Assembly: GCF_020745735.1 (NCBI RefSeq)
Contig: NC_083408.1
Coordinates: forward strand, 99,416,484-99,480,483
From: Hemiscyllium ocellatum
Lineage: Eukaryota
DNA: 64,000 bases
Direction: 5' to 3'
This document shows positions 47,733-59,315 of the stretch, in pieces (within the stretch, counting starts at the first letter, position 1; each line of letters begins with the position of its first letter). The notes beneath the pieces were generated by a model. It was not told where the DNA came from. It was given only the letters and a program-made list of their open reading frames with translations, and made no database searches. Both the position numbers and the translations under genes were made by a program.

Positions 47733-50639
47733 CTTAGAGCAGACCAAAGTGACAAGTTTCTATTTGCTTCAAAGACAATGCTTACTCAGCTCTTTTCATG
47801 TATTCGCTAGTATTGCCAAAACAGCAAGTAACAATCCAAATTGAAACAAATTGCATAGCTAACATTTAAAGTCAAAAAGGTTTTACCATAAAGTACAAAA
47901 TATTCAACCAAAAAAACAGACTTTTCGTTGTGCAAACACGCTGCACAAACATATTAGCTGCATTTATTCTCGAGTGGTAGGAAAAGCTTTTGTAATGTCA
48001 CAAGTTGGATTCACTCTGAGCTAACAAATAGCCTGTCACTTTTTTTAATTCATCAGCCGCATAATCCTGTAGGCCAAGTAGAAAACAGAAGCGTTGTATG
48101 AAAAGGCAATGACAAGAAAATAATAAAACTATAAGCCATAAGGTCAAAACTAGAGCAATCTACAATGGCCATCAGAATCATGAAATTGGATTGGTGCCTT
48201 ACAAACATTCCAAAACTATGTGTTGCCTTAACTAAGTTACATTCTGTGAACACTTCTGTTGTATGCCAATTTTGTGGACACCCAGCATATGCAATGTTGC
48301 CAGGGCTGTGTCTTGTTTATACACAAGATTTGGAATTAAGGGTTCATAACAGATGTAACCAATCATCTGGTTACGAAGAACTTCCATGCTTGGTAAATAG
48401 CAGCCATTTACTCAAACATATAATGCTAAAACACAATGGTAAAAACAAGATAACTCAATGCAAGTAGTTGTCCACTTCATGTCACTGCTGCGTATTTTTC
48501 AGTGATACATCATTACACATTGGAATGACTTACACTCAGTCTTAGCTGTGATAATGTGTGCTGCATCCAAAAACAGATTATTTGGAAATGTTTAGAACCT
48601 ATCTGTATGTAAACTGACTGCATGTTTCCTATATTATAATACTAACTACATTTCCAAAGTAGATAATTAGCTTTGCAGTACTATGGGATATCCTTCAGGA
48701 GAAAACAACACTTACAGTGCCAGTTTCTTCTTGTAGCATCTGTCTGGGCAATAATTGTAAAATTTTGTTTTCTTTCCTTTATTATTTCTTGGGATGTCAG
48801 CGCTATCAACAAGACCAACATTTGTTATCCATTTCTAATTGTCTTTGAATTGAGCAGCCTGCCATAGGCTGTCAAGTCACAATACAGGCCAGACAACGTT
48901 AGGACAGCTGACTTCCCTCCCTAGGGGACATTAATGAACCAGATTTATTTACTGGAATCAAATTCCACAAACTTCTGTGGATGAATTAAAACCATTATTC
49001 CCAGTAGCAATGCCAATTACATCATGTGACTCACTTTTTAAAAACAAATTCACTCGTAGAACATTGTACCTTTGCATGAAGTGTATTAGTCTGTAAGTGT
49101 TGAACCAAATTAAGCATATTTAAGCTATTTGTAAGAAAGTTTTAACTTTTCAAACAATGCTCTTTTATTTTCTTTTTCTAGCTCCCACACTTGGATACTT
49201 CTCTTTTACAAATTCAAAACAAGGTTTCAGCATTCCCCATCTGCCATATTCTGCAATCTCTCCCACAATGATCTGGGAAAAAGTTAAAAATCCTGAATTA
49301 TTACTATGACCCATAACATTCCAAGCAAGTATTTATTTCAGGAATATCAGAGCAAGTACACCTCATATTGTTGTTTTCTTTTAAAATGATACACAGGAGA
49401 AAAAAAGGATTTGTTTTGGACTGCTTTCGGACAGAGCATTGACATATTGTGATCGTGTGATCTCCTGTGTAGTAAATATCTATGATTCAAAAACAGTTCG
49501 TTCTTTGGCTTACCACGAGCAATGGATCGGGTTTAGTTATAGAAAAAGAGATTGCATTCATTCAAATTGCAGATGTATTTTGATCATTCTAGACACCTAG
49601 GCAACCCCTTACAGAAATGTAAGAGAGTAGACAGTAACACCTTCAAGTCCATGAATACTCAGTAGTTCTACGAAAACAAAGTGCCCAATTAATCATAATA
49701 TGTCCAGCAGCCCTTTCACATGCATGTTTCAGAGAAGTAAGATATCTCAACACATATGCTACATAAACAGTTGTCTAGACTGGTATAAATAATCAGTTGA
49801 ACGCTTTATTGTAATATTATCACTCCCAACAAGAGATACTGTAATTTTCAATGAATTACTCTAAATCAAGGATTGCCTGCTGGTATTAAAAAAAACATTT
49901 CCCCCCATCAACCTACACCACTAAAAATCAATTAAAATTAAGTTGTTGGCTGTTGCATCAGTCAACACTTCAGAAGACACAGCAGTATAGACCACCAAAC
50001 ATTAAAAATAAACTTACATATATGCATCATTCAGGGCTTCAAGACATCTCAAAGCACTTTACTACAGAAACTAGTTCATTAGCTGCAATGTTGGAAACAC
50101 TCATGTTTTGCAATGGCATTTGGCCTATGCATCGCCAACACAGAAGAGCATCCTCTGGATTCAATAAAATAATCATTTCACAAACGCTAGTGTCCTATTG
50201 GAACTAGGTCCACCAGTATTCAGACAAAGCCCCAGCAAAATTAACTTTAGCAGACTAACCACTGTGGTCCAAAATCACCTCCTCATCAATTCCTGTTCCC
50301 TTAATTTTCAAATGAGAATTATTCCAGTGGAGGCCAATGAAAACACTTCAGAGACATTACGAAGCTCTCCTTAAAAGTGCAGGAGCATTTATGTTATTAT
50401 TTGTGAGGGTTTTCTAAAAATGACTCAAAATGGCAATAATTGATCCATCAAGTGCTTTGACCTACGTGTCAAGAACCAGTCTGTTCAATCACAAAGACCC
50501 ATGGCATAAACTCACGAGCCCGAATAGATATTACCTTGAATGGTGGGACAGCTGACAACAAGGACAGTTGTCATGCAAGAAATACAACAACTGATTTGTT
50601 CAGAGCAAACTGCACCACAAAGAACAATGTGCTAACAGT

Positions 50640-50870
50640 CAGCTTATTTGTGCTGTTGCCTGATGGATAAACATTGGCCAGGGAGAACATCCTTTCTGTT
50701 GTCCGCAATAGTACAAATTTTTCATCCAAAACATTTTACCTCTAAGTATGCAGCACTCTATCTCTATTGGCACCAGAGTGTTAACCCAGATTATTGTCAA
50801 GTCTCGAGTACCTTTAATGGAACTTGTACCCCGCACCGTTTGATCAGGAGCAAGATGACTACACACCAAT
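50640..50870 (-). mobile_element. Possible ancient Deu-domain SINE remnant
   Basis: GATGGATAAACATTGGCCAG...TGCAGCACTC...CCAGATTA..GTCAAGTCTC resembles reverse-complement DeuSINE/SacSINE1 as I recall it; not aligned. Confidence 0.4.
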
Positions 50871-51339
50871 CATTAGTTCATAATTTAAATAACAACTTAA
50901 TACTTTGCTATGCATCAGACAGTGTAGTAAGTGGCACTGTCCATTCATGTTTAAAACTGAACCACTCTCTCCGTGAGTCTGCTTCTTCCGAATGGTTTTA
51001 TACGCAATAAACTGCTCATAATTCGCTTAAAAGCCAATAAAAAAACATGTCTACTCAGTCATGATTCAACCTCACACTTTAACCCTGATATGCCCAATGT
51101 CTGACTCTGAATTTGGTGGCAGAAGAGGAGGGTTTAAATGATCCCGAGCACAATAAAAGTGTGCAATGGCCAAATAAAGGGTTAAGGCTCTATAGGCCCT
51201 GCCTGCTCCATCACTCACTCATGTCCTTATACTTAGATACCACAGCGCAGAATAAGCTGGGAACCAAACGCACTTTACACGGACAGAAATCAATCGTAAC
51301 AAAAAGAAATAAGCTGAAGGAAGAGAGCATCTGAGTAAC

Positions 51340-51450
51340 CTGAACACCGCAGTTGTTCGATGAAGGGAAAATGAATCGGCAGTCAGAGCAGATTGAAAAA
51401 AACACCCCAGCCAGGCAAGCTTGAATGCTACCTCTCAACCGAACTTGATA
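51340..51450 (-). other. SETD3: Putative non-coding first exon of SETD3
   Basis: Candidate donor CAG|GTTACT on the minus strand at 51340/51339, just downstream of the CCAAT cluster. The 5' boundary is a guess. Confidence 0.35.
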
Positions 51451-51789
51451 GCGATCCAAAGCACCAATCCCTTGCTGCCTTGATTGGTCACCCACAGCGG
51501 AATCGCATGCCCATTGGTCCTAGGTATCGTCAATCAACAGGCCTGCCGCCCCACCCATCCAGTTTGAACCGTCAAAACGGCCCCGCCTCTTCCTTTGACC
51601 CCGCCCCTTCGCCGCCGCGCTTACTGCCGATTGGGCGAATGACGCCGGGCCCTCCTTCCCAAGGCGGCTTCCAGTAGGCTTGGAGTGGCCGTCAATCATG
51701 ATACGTTCCCGACGGACGCGGGCTCCGGGGTGGGGAGGAAAGAACACAGTTGCGCATGCGCACCTTCCCGTCGTTCGTGTGGGGGGTGG

Positions 51790-52069
51790 TCTGTTCAAAA
51801 TGGCGGCGCCCTGTCCGAATGGTTTGGGAAGTTTGGAGTGAAAGTGCCGGTGTCGGAGAGGAAGATCGCGAGCAGTTCCGTTTGGCGGCCCGCCTTCGTA
51901 CTCTTCCCCGTTGTTTCCTCGGATCCCGCCGTAGTTTTTGAGACCGAACTAGTTGATTGTTCGTGGGGAAGCGACTTGGGCTCGGCGGTCGTGGAGAGAA
52001 GGAGGCTTTTCGTTTGATTGTGGAACCGAGCGTCGTGTGGTGTGAGGCCGGGCCCCAACACCGCCCGAG
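51790..52069 (+). other. CCNK: CCNK non-coding first exon (start approximate)
   Basis: Strong donor GAG|GTAAGA at 52069/52070 within the CpG island, upstream of the ATG-containing exon. Confidence 0.6.
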
Positions 52070-52424
52070 GTAAGAGAGCGAGCGAGGCACATATTGCTGC
52101 GCCGGAGTTATGTTCACTTTTGGGCTGTGATTTGTACCCGCCCCCTTCCACTTCCCACGAAAGCGGAGCCGGCTGCTGTTTCGGGCCTCCTGCCTCCTCT
52201 GAGGAGATGGGGATCAGTGGCAGGGTTTATATCGAAGTTTCACATCTACTGATTGTACTAAGCCCATCACTTCATTGAAGTTCAATGTACTCCTCCTCCC
52301 GCCTCCGGCCGAAATAAAGAGATGCGATTTGCAAGGAATCCTTTCGTGTCCTGCGGATAATTTACTTTTGAGCCATTGTCCGGGCAGCCAGCGCTAATTC
52401 CTAGTTTCGTTGTTTTAACCGCAG

Positions 52425-53190
52425 GTGTTGGACTGCGGTGGAGTTAAAAATCACACAATACCAGGTTATAGTCCAACAGATTTGTTTGGAATCGCTAGTT
52501 TCGCAAGCGCTGCATCTTCATCAGATGGTTGTGGAGGAGCATCATAAGATACAGACATTAAAGCAACAGGATTGCAGTGTCGTGGAATGTAATATTGAAC
52601 AAATTTAGTCATATTTTAGAATGGCCATGTTAGTTTTGGTTCTTTGATATATAAATCCCATAACTTTTTTCAAGTTGCATTCTCAGCACCAGGTTATGAT
52701 CCAACATGTTTATTTGGAAGCACTAGCTTTCAGAGCGCTGCTCCTTCAGGTGCTTCATCATTAAGGAACAATCCAGGTCTTTCAATATATAATTTCAGTT
52801 TCATCAATCTGTAATATTTTGTTATAAATTGTATGTTACAAGCTTATATTCCACAACCACCAGATGAAGCAGCTGCGCTCTGAAAATTAGTGCTTCCAAA
52901 TTAAACCAGTTGGACTGTAACCTAGTGTCTAATTTCTAACTTTGTCCACCCCAATCCAACACCAGCACCTCCAAATCATAACTAATACCGTCATTCTAAA
53001 AGATGAAAGACTTATGCTAAGTTTGTTTAATATTACATTCCATGACACTGTGATTCTGTTGCTATAAAGTCTGTGTCTTATGATGCTGCTCTGTGACCAC
53101 CCGATGAAGAAGCAACATTTCAAAAGCTAGTGATTCCAAATAAACCTGTTGGACTAATAACTTGATGTTGGGTGATATTTAACTTAGTTT
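52425..53190. mobile_element. Third family of fold-back Penelope-derived repeats, nested copies with degenerate hammerheads
   Basis: CACCAGGTTATAGTCCAACA/TGTTGGACTATAACCTGGTG-type inverted units; consensus cac-CTGATGA-aggagcagcgctcc-GAAA-GCTA-gtg recognisable at ~52495(-), ~52721(-), 52861(+) and 53101(+). Confidence 0.7.
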
Positions 53191-53694
53191 TAAGGAAGCT
53201 TTGTGTGAACATCTGGGGCCATTTTGGGGCTAGTGCTGCCCTCCAGATGGTATAAACTAATGCTGTTGTGTCATTTAGGAAATCTGATAACTCGTAACAC
53301 TGATTAATTGTGTAGAAAAACTGTGAAGTTACTTTTTATTTTGAAGATCAGTTTGGGAACTTTTGGTTGGAACCTCTTTTGTAGAAGGTAATATATTTTA
53401 TAGCAAATTACTTCAGGAGTTACTTTCAAATATATCTGCTGTGATGGGCTCTTGTGGAAATGACCTTACCTCTGGGCCTGGGTTCAAGTCCTCCCAGCTT
53501 CAGAGGTGTGTCATAATGTGGTTAATGTTTTGACTCAACGTTGACTCTATTTCTCTCTCCACAGATGCTGCCAAACCTGCTGAGTTTCTTCAACATTCTG
53601 TTTGTTTTAGATTTTGAGCATGTGTGTCATAACATTCCTGAACATGTTGATTAAAAGTACATGTCCACTGTGGACAAAGTTTTTTTTTAAAAAT

Positions 53695-54245
53695 ATAGTT
53701 CAACAGGTTTACTTGGAAGCATTAGCTTTTGGAGCACTGTTCCTTCAAGTGGCTGTGGAGCAGGGCCGTATCACAGCAAAAGAGATCTTTTGCTATAAAT
53801 TCTGTGTGGTCTTGCTCCACCACTACCTGATGAAGTAGCACTCCACGGTGGCACAATGGTTAGCACTGCTCCCTCACAGTGCCAGAGACCCGAGGCAACT
53901 CTCTGTGTGGAGTTTGCATGTTCTCCCTGTGTCTGCGTGGGTTTCCACCGGGTGCTCCGGTTTCCTCCCACCGTCCAAAAATGTGCAGGTTAAGTGAATT
54001 GGCCATGCTAAATTGCCTGTAGTGTTAGGTGAAGGGCTAAATGTAGGGGAATGGGTCTGGGTGACTTGCTCTTCGGAGGGTCGGTGTGGATTTGTTGGGC
54101 CGAAGGTCCTGTTTTCACGTTGTAAGTAATCTAATCTTTTAAAAAAAAACTAGTGCTTCCAAGTAAACCTGTTGAACTATAACATGGTGTTGTCTGATTT
54201 TTAACCGTGTCCACCCCAGTCCAACACCAGCTTCTCCACATCTTA
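53695..54245. mobile_element. Family-3 fold-back element interrupted by an HE1-like SINE (53844-54136, +)
   Basis: Arms match the 52425-53190 repeats; the SINE begins 11 nt after CTGATGA (53827-53833). Confidence 0.75.
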
Positions 54246-54250
54246 ACCAC

Positions 54251-54984
54251 CGTGGTAACACAGTATGGCCATGCAAAGATTGGAGAGAATTCCAATCCGT
54301 TTTCAATGTTTTAAATGCTAAACATTGACCGGGACACCCCTAATACTCTTTGTTAGTATCTATGGATCTTCGTACATGAGCATGCAAAAAGGCCTCCATT
54401 TTATGGTGGTGACACTTTCATCAATGGAGCACTTAGTAGTGAGAATGTGTATAGGGTATAAGCAGGCAGGGAAAGAGTTAAGTTCTCAGTTTTGTGAAAC
54501 AAGAGGTTCAGCTGAGCATGACTCGGATCAGATAAGAAATAGTTAACAATGGGGTGCTGAAGGCAAGGGTAATAGGTTAACAAGGTGGAAAAGTAGTCAT
54601 CATGGAGAGCCATTTAACAATATTGGAAGCATTCAGTATGAAAGGTCAGTTAACAACGGGAAAAGTATCCAGTATGAAGCCAGTTAACAAGATTAAGACC
54701 ATTCATTGTATAATAGTAAAGGGCTGGTCTCTGACATTGATACTCATTGATTGTAATGGTCACCCAATTAATATGTCTGTTGCCTTATCTGGATGCTCCT
54801 CCTTGTAAAATGACTATAATTCATTAAGAAACTTCTTGAGAGAAGACCGAGAACTTATGTTCTTGCGCGCATGGGGCGATCATTCTCTTCCTACAGGGCC
54901 TGGAATAAAGATGAAGGTAAAACTATACTGTGTCTCTGAGTGTTTTGCTTTGACTGAGGGGGGGAGAGGGACGACAATACTACA
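54251..54984 (+). mobile_element. Possible solo LTR
   Basis: Ends CGTGGTA...TACTACA (imperfect TG..CA inverted termini), internal GTTAACAA repeats, TATA-like motif then AATAAA. No TSD seen. Confidence 0.3.
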
Positions 54985-55388
54985 GTGAATTGTTCAACAT
55001 TAAGTTTTTCACACACTTGATGTCAACAACACTTTCCACTTGAGTATATGTCATAAGGTAGTGACTCGGTAGAATGTTGGAGCGCACTTGCCATATGAAA
55101 AATGAAAGAATGATGTTTCTGCATTGTTTCCCTATCTCTTAACACCGTCTAGCTTTACAGAGTTCCAGGAACTTGACACTCCAATTATCATCCATTGAGC
55201 ATCCTGAGTTAAGTTGTTCGGCTAATGGTAACTGCTCCTTCTACTGTTTAGACCCAAAGCTGTGGATCTCCCTTCATAAATCTCCACAATTCTCGCTCAC
55301 TTTCTGAAATGAAAGCAGAAAATGTTGCAAATACTCAACAGGGTTGGCAATATCTGTGAAACTAGAAACTGAGTTAACATTTCAGGTT

Positions 55389-56576
55389 ATTGGAGACAGT
55401 GACGTCTGCAGATGCTGGCGATCAGAGTTAGTGTGTTACTGAAAAAGCACAACTGGTCAGGCAGCATCCAAGGAGCAGGAAAATCGATATTTTGGGCCAG
55501 AGCCCTTCTGATTCCTGATGGCCCCTATTTTTCATCATTCATATAAATGATTTGGATGTGAGCGTATAGTTAGTAAATTTGCAGATGACCCCAAAATTGG
55601 AGATGTAGTGGACAGCGAAGAAGGTGACTTCAGATCACAACAGGATCTTAATTAGATGAGCCAATGGGCTGAGGAGTGGCAGATGGAGTTTAATTCAGAT
55701 AAATGTGAGGTGCTATTTTTTGGGAAAGCAAATCTTAGCAGGACTTAGACACCTAATGATAAGGTCCAAAGGAGTTTTGCTGAACAAAAAGACCTTGGTG
55801 TGCAGGATCATAGTTCCTTGAAAGTGGAGTTGCAGGTAGATAGGATAGTGAAGGCAGTGTTTGGTATGTTTTCCTTTATTGGTAAGAGTATTGAGTACAG
55901 TAGTTAGGAGTCCATGTTGTTTCTGTACAGGACATTGGTTAGGCTGCTGTTGGTATATTGCATGCAGTTCTGGTCTCCTTTCTATCAGAAAGATGTTGTG
56001 AAACTTGAAAGGGTTCAGAAAAGATTTACATGGATGTTGCCAGGGTTGGAGGATTTGAGCTACAGGGAGAGGCTGAACAAGCTGGGGCTGTTTTCCCCGG
56101 AGCATCAGAGGCTGAGGGGTGACCTTTATAGAGGTTTACAAAATTGAGGGGCATGGATACGATAAATAGACAAAATCTTTTCCCTGGGGTGCCGGAGTCC
56201 AGAACTAGAGGGTGCATAGGTTTAGGGTGAGAGGGGGAAGATATAAAAGAGACCTAAGGAGCAACTGTTTCATGCAAAGGATGGTACATGTATGGAATAA
56301 GCTGCCAGAAGAAGTGGTGGAGGCTAGTACCACTTGGTGGAGGCAACATTTAAGAGGGATTTGGATGGGTATATGAATAGGAAGGATTTGGAGGGACATA
56401 GGCCATGCGCTGACAGGTGAGATAGCTGGTCAGCATGGGCAAGTTGGACCGAAGGTTCGGTTTCTGTGCTGTACATCTCTATGATTATGTCTCTATGAAG
56501 GGCTCTGGCCCGAAACGTTGATTTTCCTGCTCCTCAATGCTGCCTGACCTGCTGCGCGTTTCCAGCAGCACAATCT
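55389..56576. mobile_element. Family-1 fold-back Penelope-derived element split by a CR1
   Basis: Left part 55389-55520, right part 56495-56576; TSD CATTTCAGGTT (55378-55388, 56577-56587). Confidence 0.8.
55521..56494 (+). mobile_element. CR1 3' fragment
   Basis: KFADDPKIG and LYRTLVRLLLVYCMQFWSP motifs; CTCTATG tail. Confidence 0.9.
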
Positions 56577-58174
56577 CATTTCAGGTTCTAGCCCTTTATC
56601 TGTTTTTCTTTGTCATTCCATAAAACATACTGATGATTGTTGTAATAGTATCCTGCTCAATGAGAGAGGAATGATGTTTCAACACTAACCAAGATCTTGG
56701 TACTTCCCTTATCTCCATGACTCAGTCGTCTTTTCTGCTTTTATTTGGGACCGTTAACATAGTGACATAGATGGTTGTTTCAGGGAAGGAATTACAAAGC
56801 TCTTTGGAGCCGAGGGTAGTAGTATATTCCTGAAATTCAAAGGAGCAGAAACCAGAGTTGGTGGAAAGCAGAAGCATTGTGGGGGTAGGGGTATGCTTAT
56901 ATGGCCTAATGAATTTAGAAAGGCAGCAAGGGATGATTCTGATGTAATGGAGAGAAGCTTAAAGTTTGGTTGTCACATACTTAGTCATAGAAAATGAAAA
57001 TATCAAGCTTGAGTTTGCAAAATGTCAAGAATGCAGGTTTGCAAAGGTTGGTTAAATGGAACGTGGTGGGGGAGAGAATGCTGTTTTCGATTAACCAGTT
57101 ATGATACGTGAAACATAGGCTAGCAAGGTGAGCGTTGAGTAATAGAGTCTGAGGGTGGCAATGACCTAAAGAAGGGTTTCAGCAGTCAGTGATGATCGTC
57201 AACATTAAGTTGGAAATGTGCAGTCTTTGGGACTGCACTGGGAACAGAAATTATACATTCACTGAGAGGGGTGGATGCAGTCAGTGCCAAGGAACTGATG
57301 ATACCAAATAATATCCCCAAGTGTTCAATCCCACAATTCCACAAAGTTCTGGAAGGGATTTAAGTGTGAGACCACTTAATTTGCTGAAGTTAAGAAATGG
57401 GCTGACAGTTTATAATTGGAGACTATTTTCCTGTGATCCTTGATGAATTTCTCCCTCAGCTAATAATAAAACAAAGATTGTGGGCTTTCTCTGAACCACT
57501 TAATCTGGAATATAATGTCAGCATTCTGTGGCATGACATCACAGATTTGTCAAAATAATCATGGCTTTCACTTAACTTAAATTAGTAAATAAAGTTGGCA
57601 AACTCATTTTTTTGTCATGCCATTTATCTTGAATGCAGAATTGAAATTGTTGACCATGATTTCAGTTTTGTAGCACAAGCATACATTCAGGTGACTTTAG
57701 TTCTTACACTTGGATTCTTTTCGTCAAAGCATCAGAGTTGAGTGATGAGATCAAGGTTGTTTCCACATCCAGGTGGAATCTGTCTATACCAGCAATTTGA
57801 GATGGGCTCAAAGCAAATCAGCATTTATTTTTAAAGACTTATTTCTTATTGTCTCTAATTGCTTTTACTTGATATTATTAATAACTTTGGCAACATTTTC
57901 CAAGCCAATAGAAAATGGAGACTGGCATGGTGAACATCAGCTGCTATTCACTGAGGCCATGTTGCACTGTTACTTTAAACTACCCTTTGAACTGCAGAAT
58001 CAACTCCTATTTGTTTTAAATCATGCAGCATTGAAATCTATTTTTCTTACAGAACAAGAAATTATTTTGAATTTCAAGTGTTGACCCTTGTGCCAACTTC
58101 AATGTGGTTTCTGGAGGATCTAGTTTTGTGCAATGTGGTCATTTTATCATACAAAACAAAATCCCCGCAGTATT

Positions 58175-58315
58175 AAACAAAAAGCAAAACTGCTGGTGCT
58201 GGAGATCAAACCAAAACAGAAATTGCTGGAAAAACTCACCAGGTTTGGCAGCATCTGTGGAGATAAAGCAGAAGGGTCACAAGTGCTGCTGAGCTTTTCC
58301 AGCAATTTCTAATTT
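58175..58315. mobile_element. Short fold-back repeat, probably another Penelope pLTR derivative (related pieces ~39350-39460, 53520-53610, 55305-55390, 58830-58895)
   Basis: AGAAATTGCTGGAAAA...TTTTCCAGCAATTTCT inverted arms; shares GGCAGCATC and GCTGGAGATC motifs with family 1. Confidence 0.55.
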
Positions 58316-58400
58316 TCCCTCTGCAGTACTATTTGTGATACCAATTATACGTTTGACAATTGAACTTCTAAGTCAAAGTTTGTTTTCTGATTCCAGGTAA

Positions 58401-58597
58401 ATGAAGGAAAATAAGGAGAACTCCACCCCAACAACGGCACTGGCAAATGCAGACCTCAGGAAGCCATGCTGGTATTGGGACAAAAAGGACCTGGCCCACA
58501 CCCCATCACAACTTGAAGGACTTGATCCAGCAACAGAGGCACGCTACCGTCGGGAGGGTGCCAGGTTTATATTTGATGTGGGAACACGTTTGGGGCT
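58401..58597 (+). CDS. CCNK: Cyclin K first coding exon
   Basis: Translates [65 protein letters not shown](L), matching cyclin K. Ends at the U12 donor GTATCCTT. Confidence 0.96.
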
Positions 58598-59315
58598 GTA
58601 TCCTTTTAAAATTTCTTCTTCAAAATTCATTAATTGAGGCATGGATGGGGAGGACTGAGAAACAGGATGCTTTCCTTGCCAACAGATTGTTGTTCTTGTT
58701 GTCAGGAACTTATAGAAAATACTTTTGATTATTGGTAAATTGAGCACATTGAGTAAATTTACATGGGATTGTTACAACTGATAATGAGGTATGTTTGATC
58801 CAAATCTCAGTGCCTAGCTCCTTAATAACATAAAATGCTGGAAATGCTCCACAGATCTGAACAAAGTTAACATTTCGGGTGTCCTATCATCAAAACTGAC
58901 AGTCCAGAGTAAATACTAAGCTGCCAAAATTTGGGTTGTGCCCTTTGGATATGTGCCTTACTTCAACGATTAATTTTTTTCCCACTAACAAAATAGAAAG
59001 GAAATCTCAATGATTTTTGACAGCACAATTCAAGGATTGAACATGGAATTTTCCATCTGTGTGACTGCGAGATGAACTGGTCTGGAAATGTGTAGAACAG
59101 GCTAAGCAGATGTAAAGTGTAAAACCTCCAGTGTTGACAATGAAATCAACATCCAGTTATTTGTTGTAATAGTACTTGTGCAAGAAGTATCGCCTCTCTC
59201 ATAAGTATGTTATGTATCCTCATTGCACCACCATCCCATTCCTATCTTTCAGCTTTGTTCACAGTTGCTGAGGGAAATCATAACAAACTGAATATTTCTC
59301 TAACCAAAACTACAG
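58598..59315 (+). other. CCNK: U12-type (minor spliceosome) GT-AG intron of CCNK
   Basis: 5' site GTATCCTTTT; branch-like TTCTCTAAC at 59296-59304, about 10 nt before the AG; no polypyrimidine tract. Confidence 0.92.

Larger units (their letters stand above)
51340..52420. promoter_or_regulatory. CpG-island bidirectional promoter of SETD3/CCNK
   Basis: CpG-rich, repeat-free stretch between divergent genes. CCAAT boxes at 51464, 51483, 51513 and 51630; GC boxes at 51581 and 51599; NRF1 palindrome TGCGCATGCGCA 51751-51762; YY1 motif CAAAATGGCGGC 51796-51807. Confidence 0.85.

Noticed and set aside
51393-52278. Several 60-140 aa ORFs in the GC-rich island
   Set aside because: Expected from stop-codon scarcity in a CpG island; no recognisable protein similarity.
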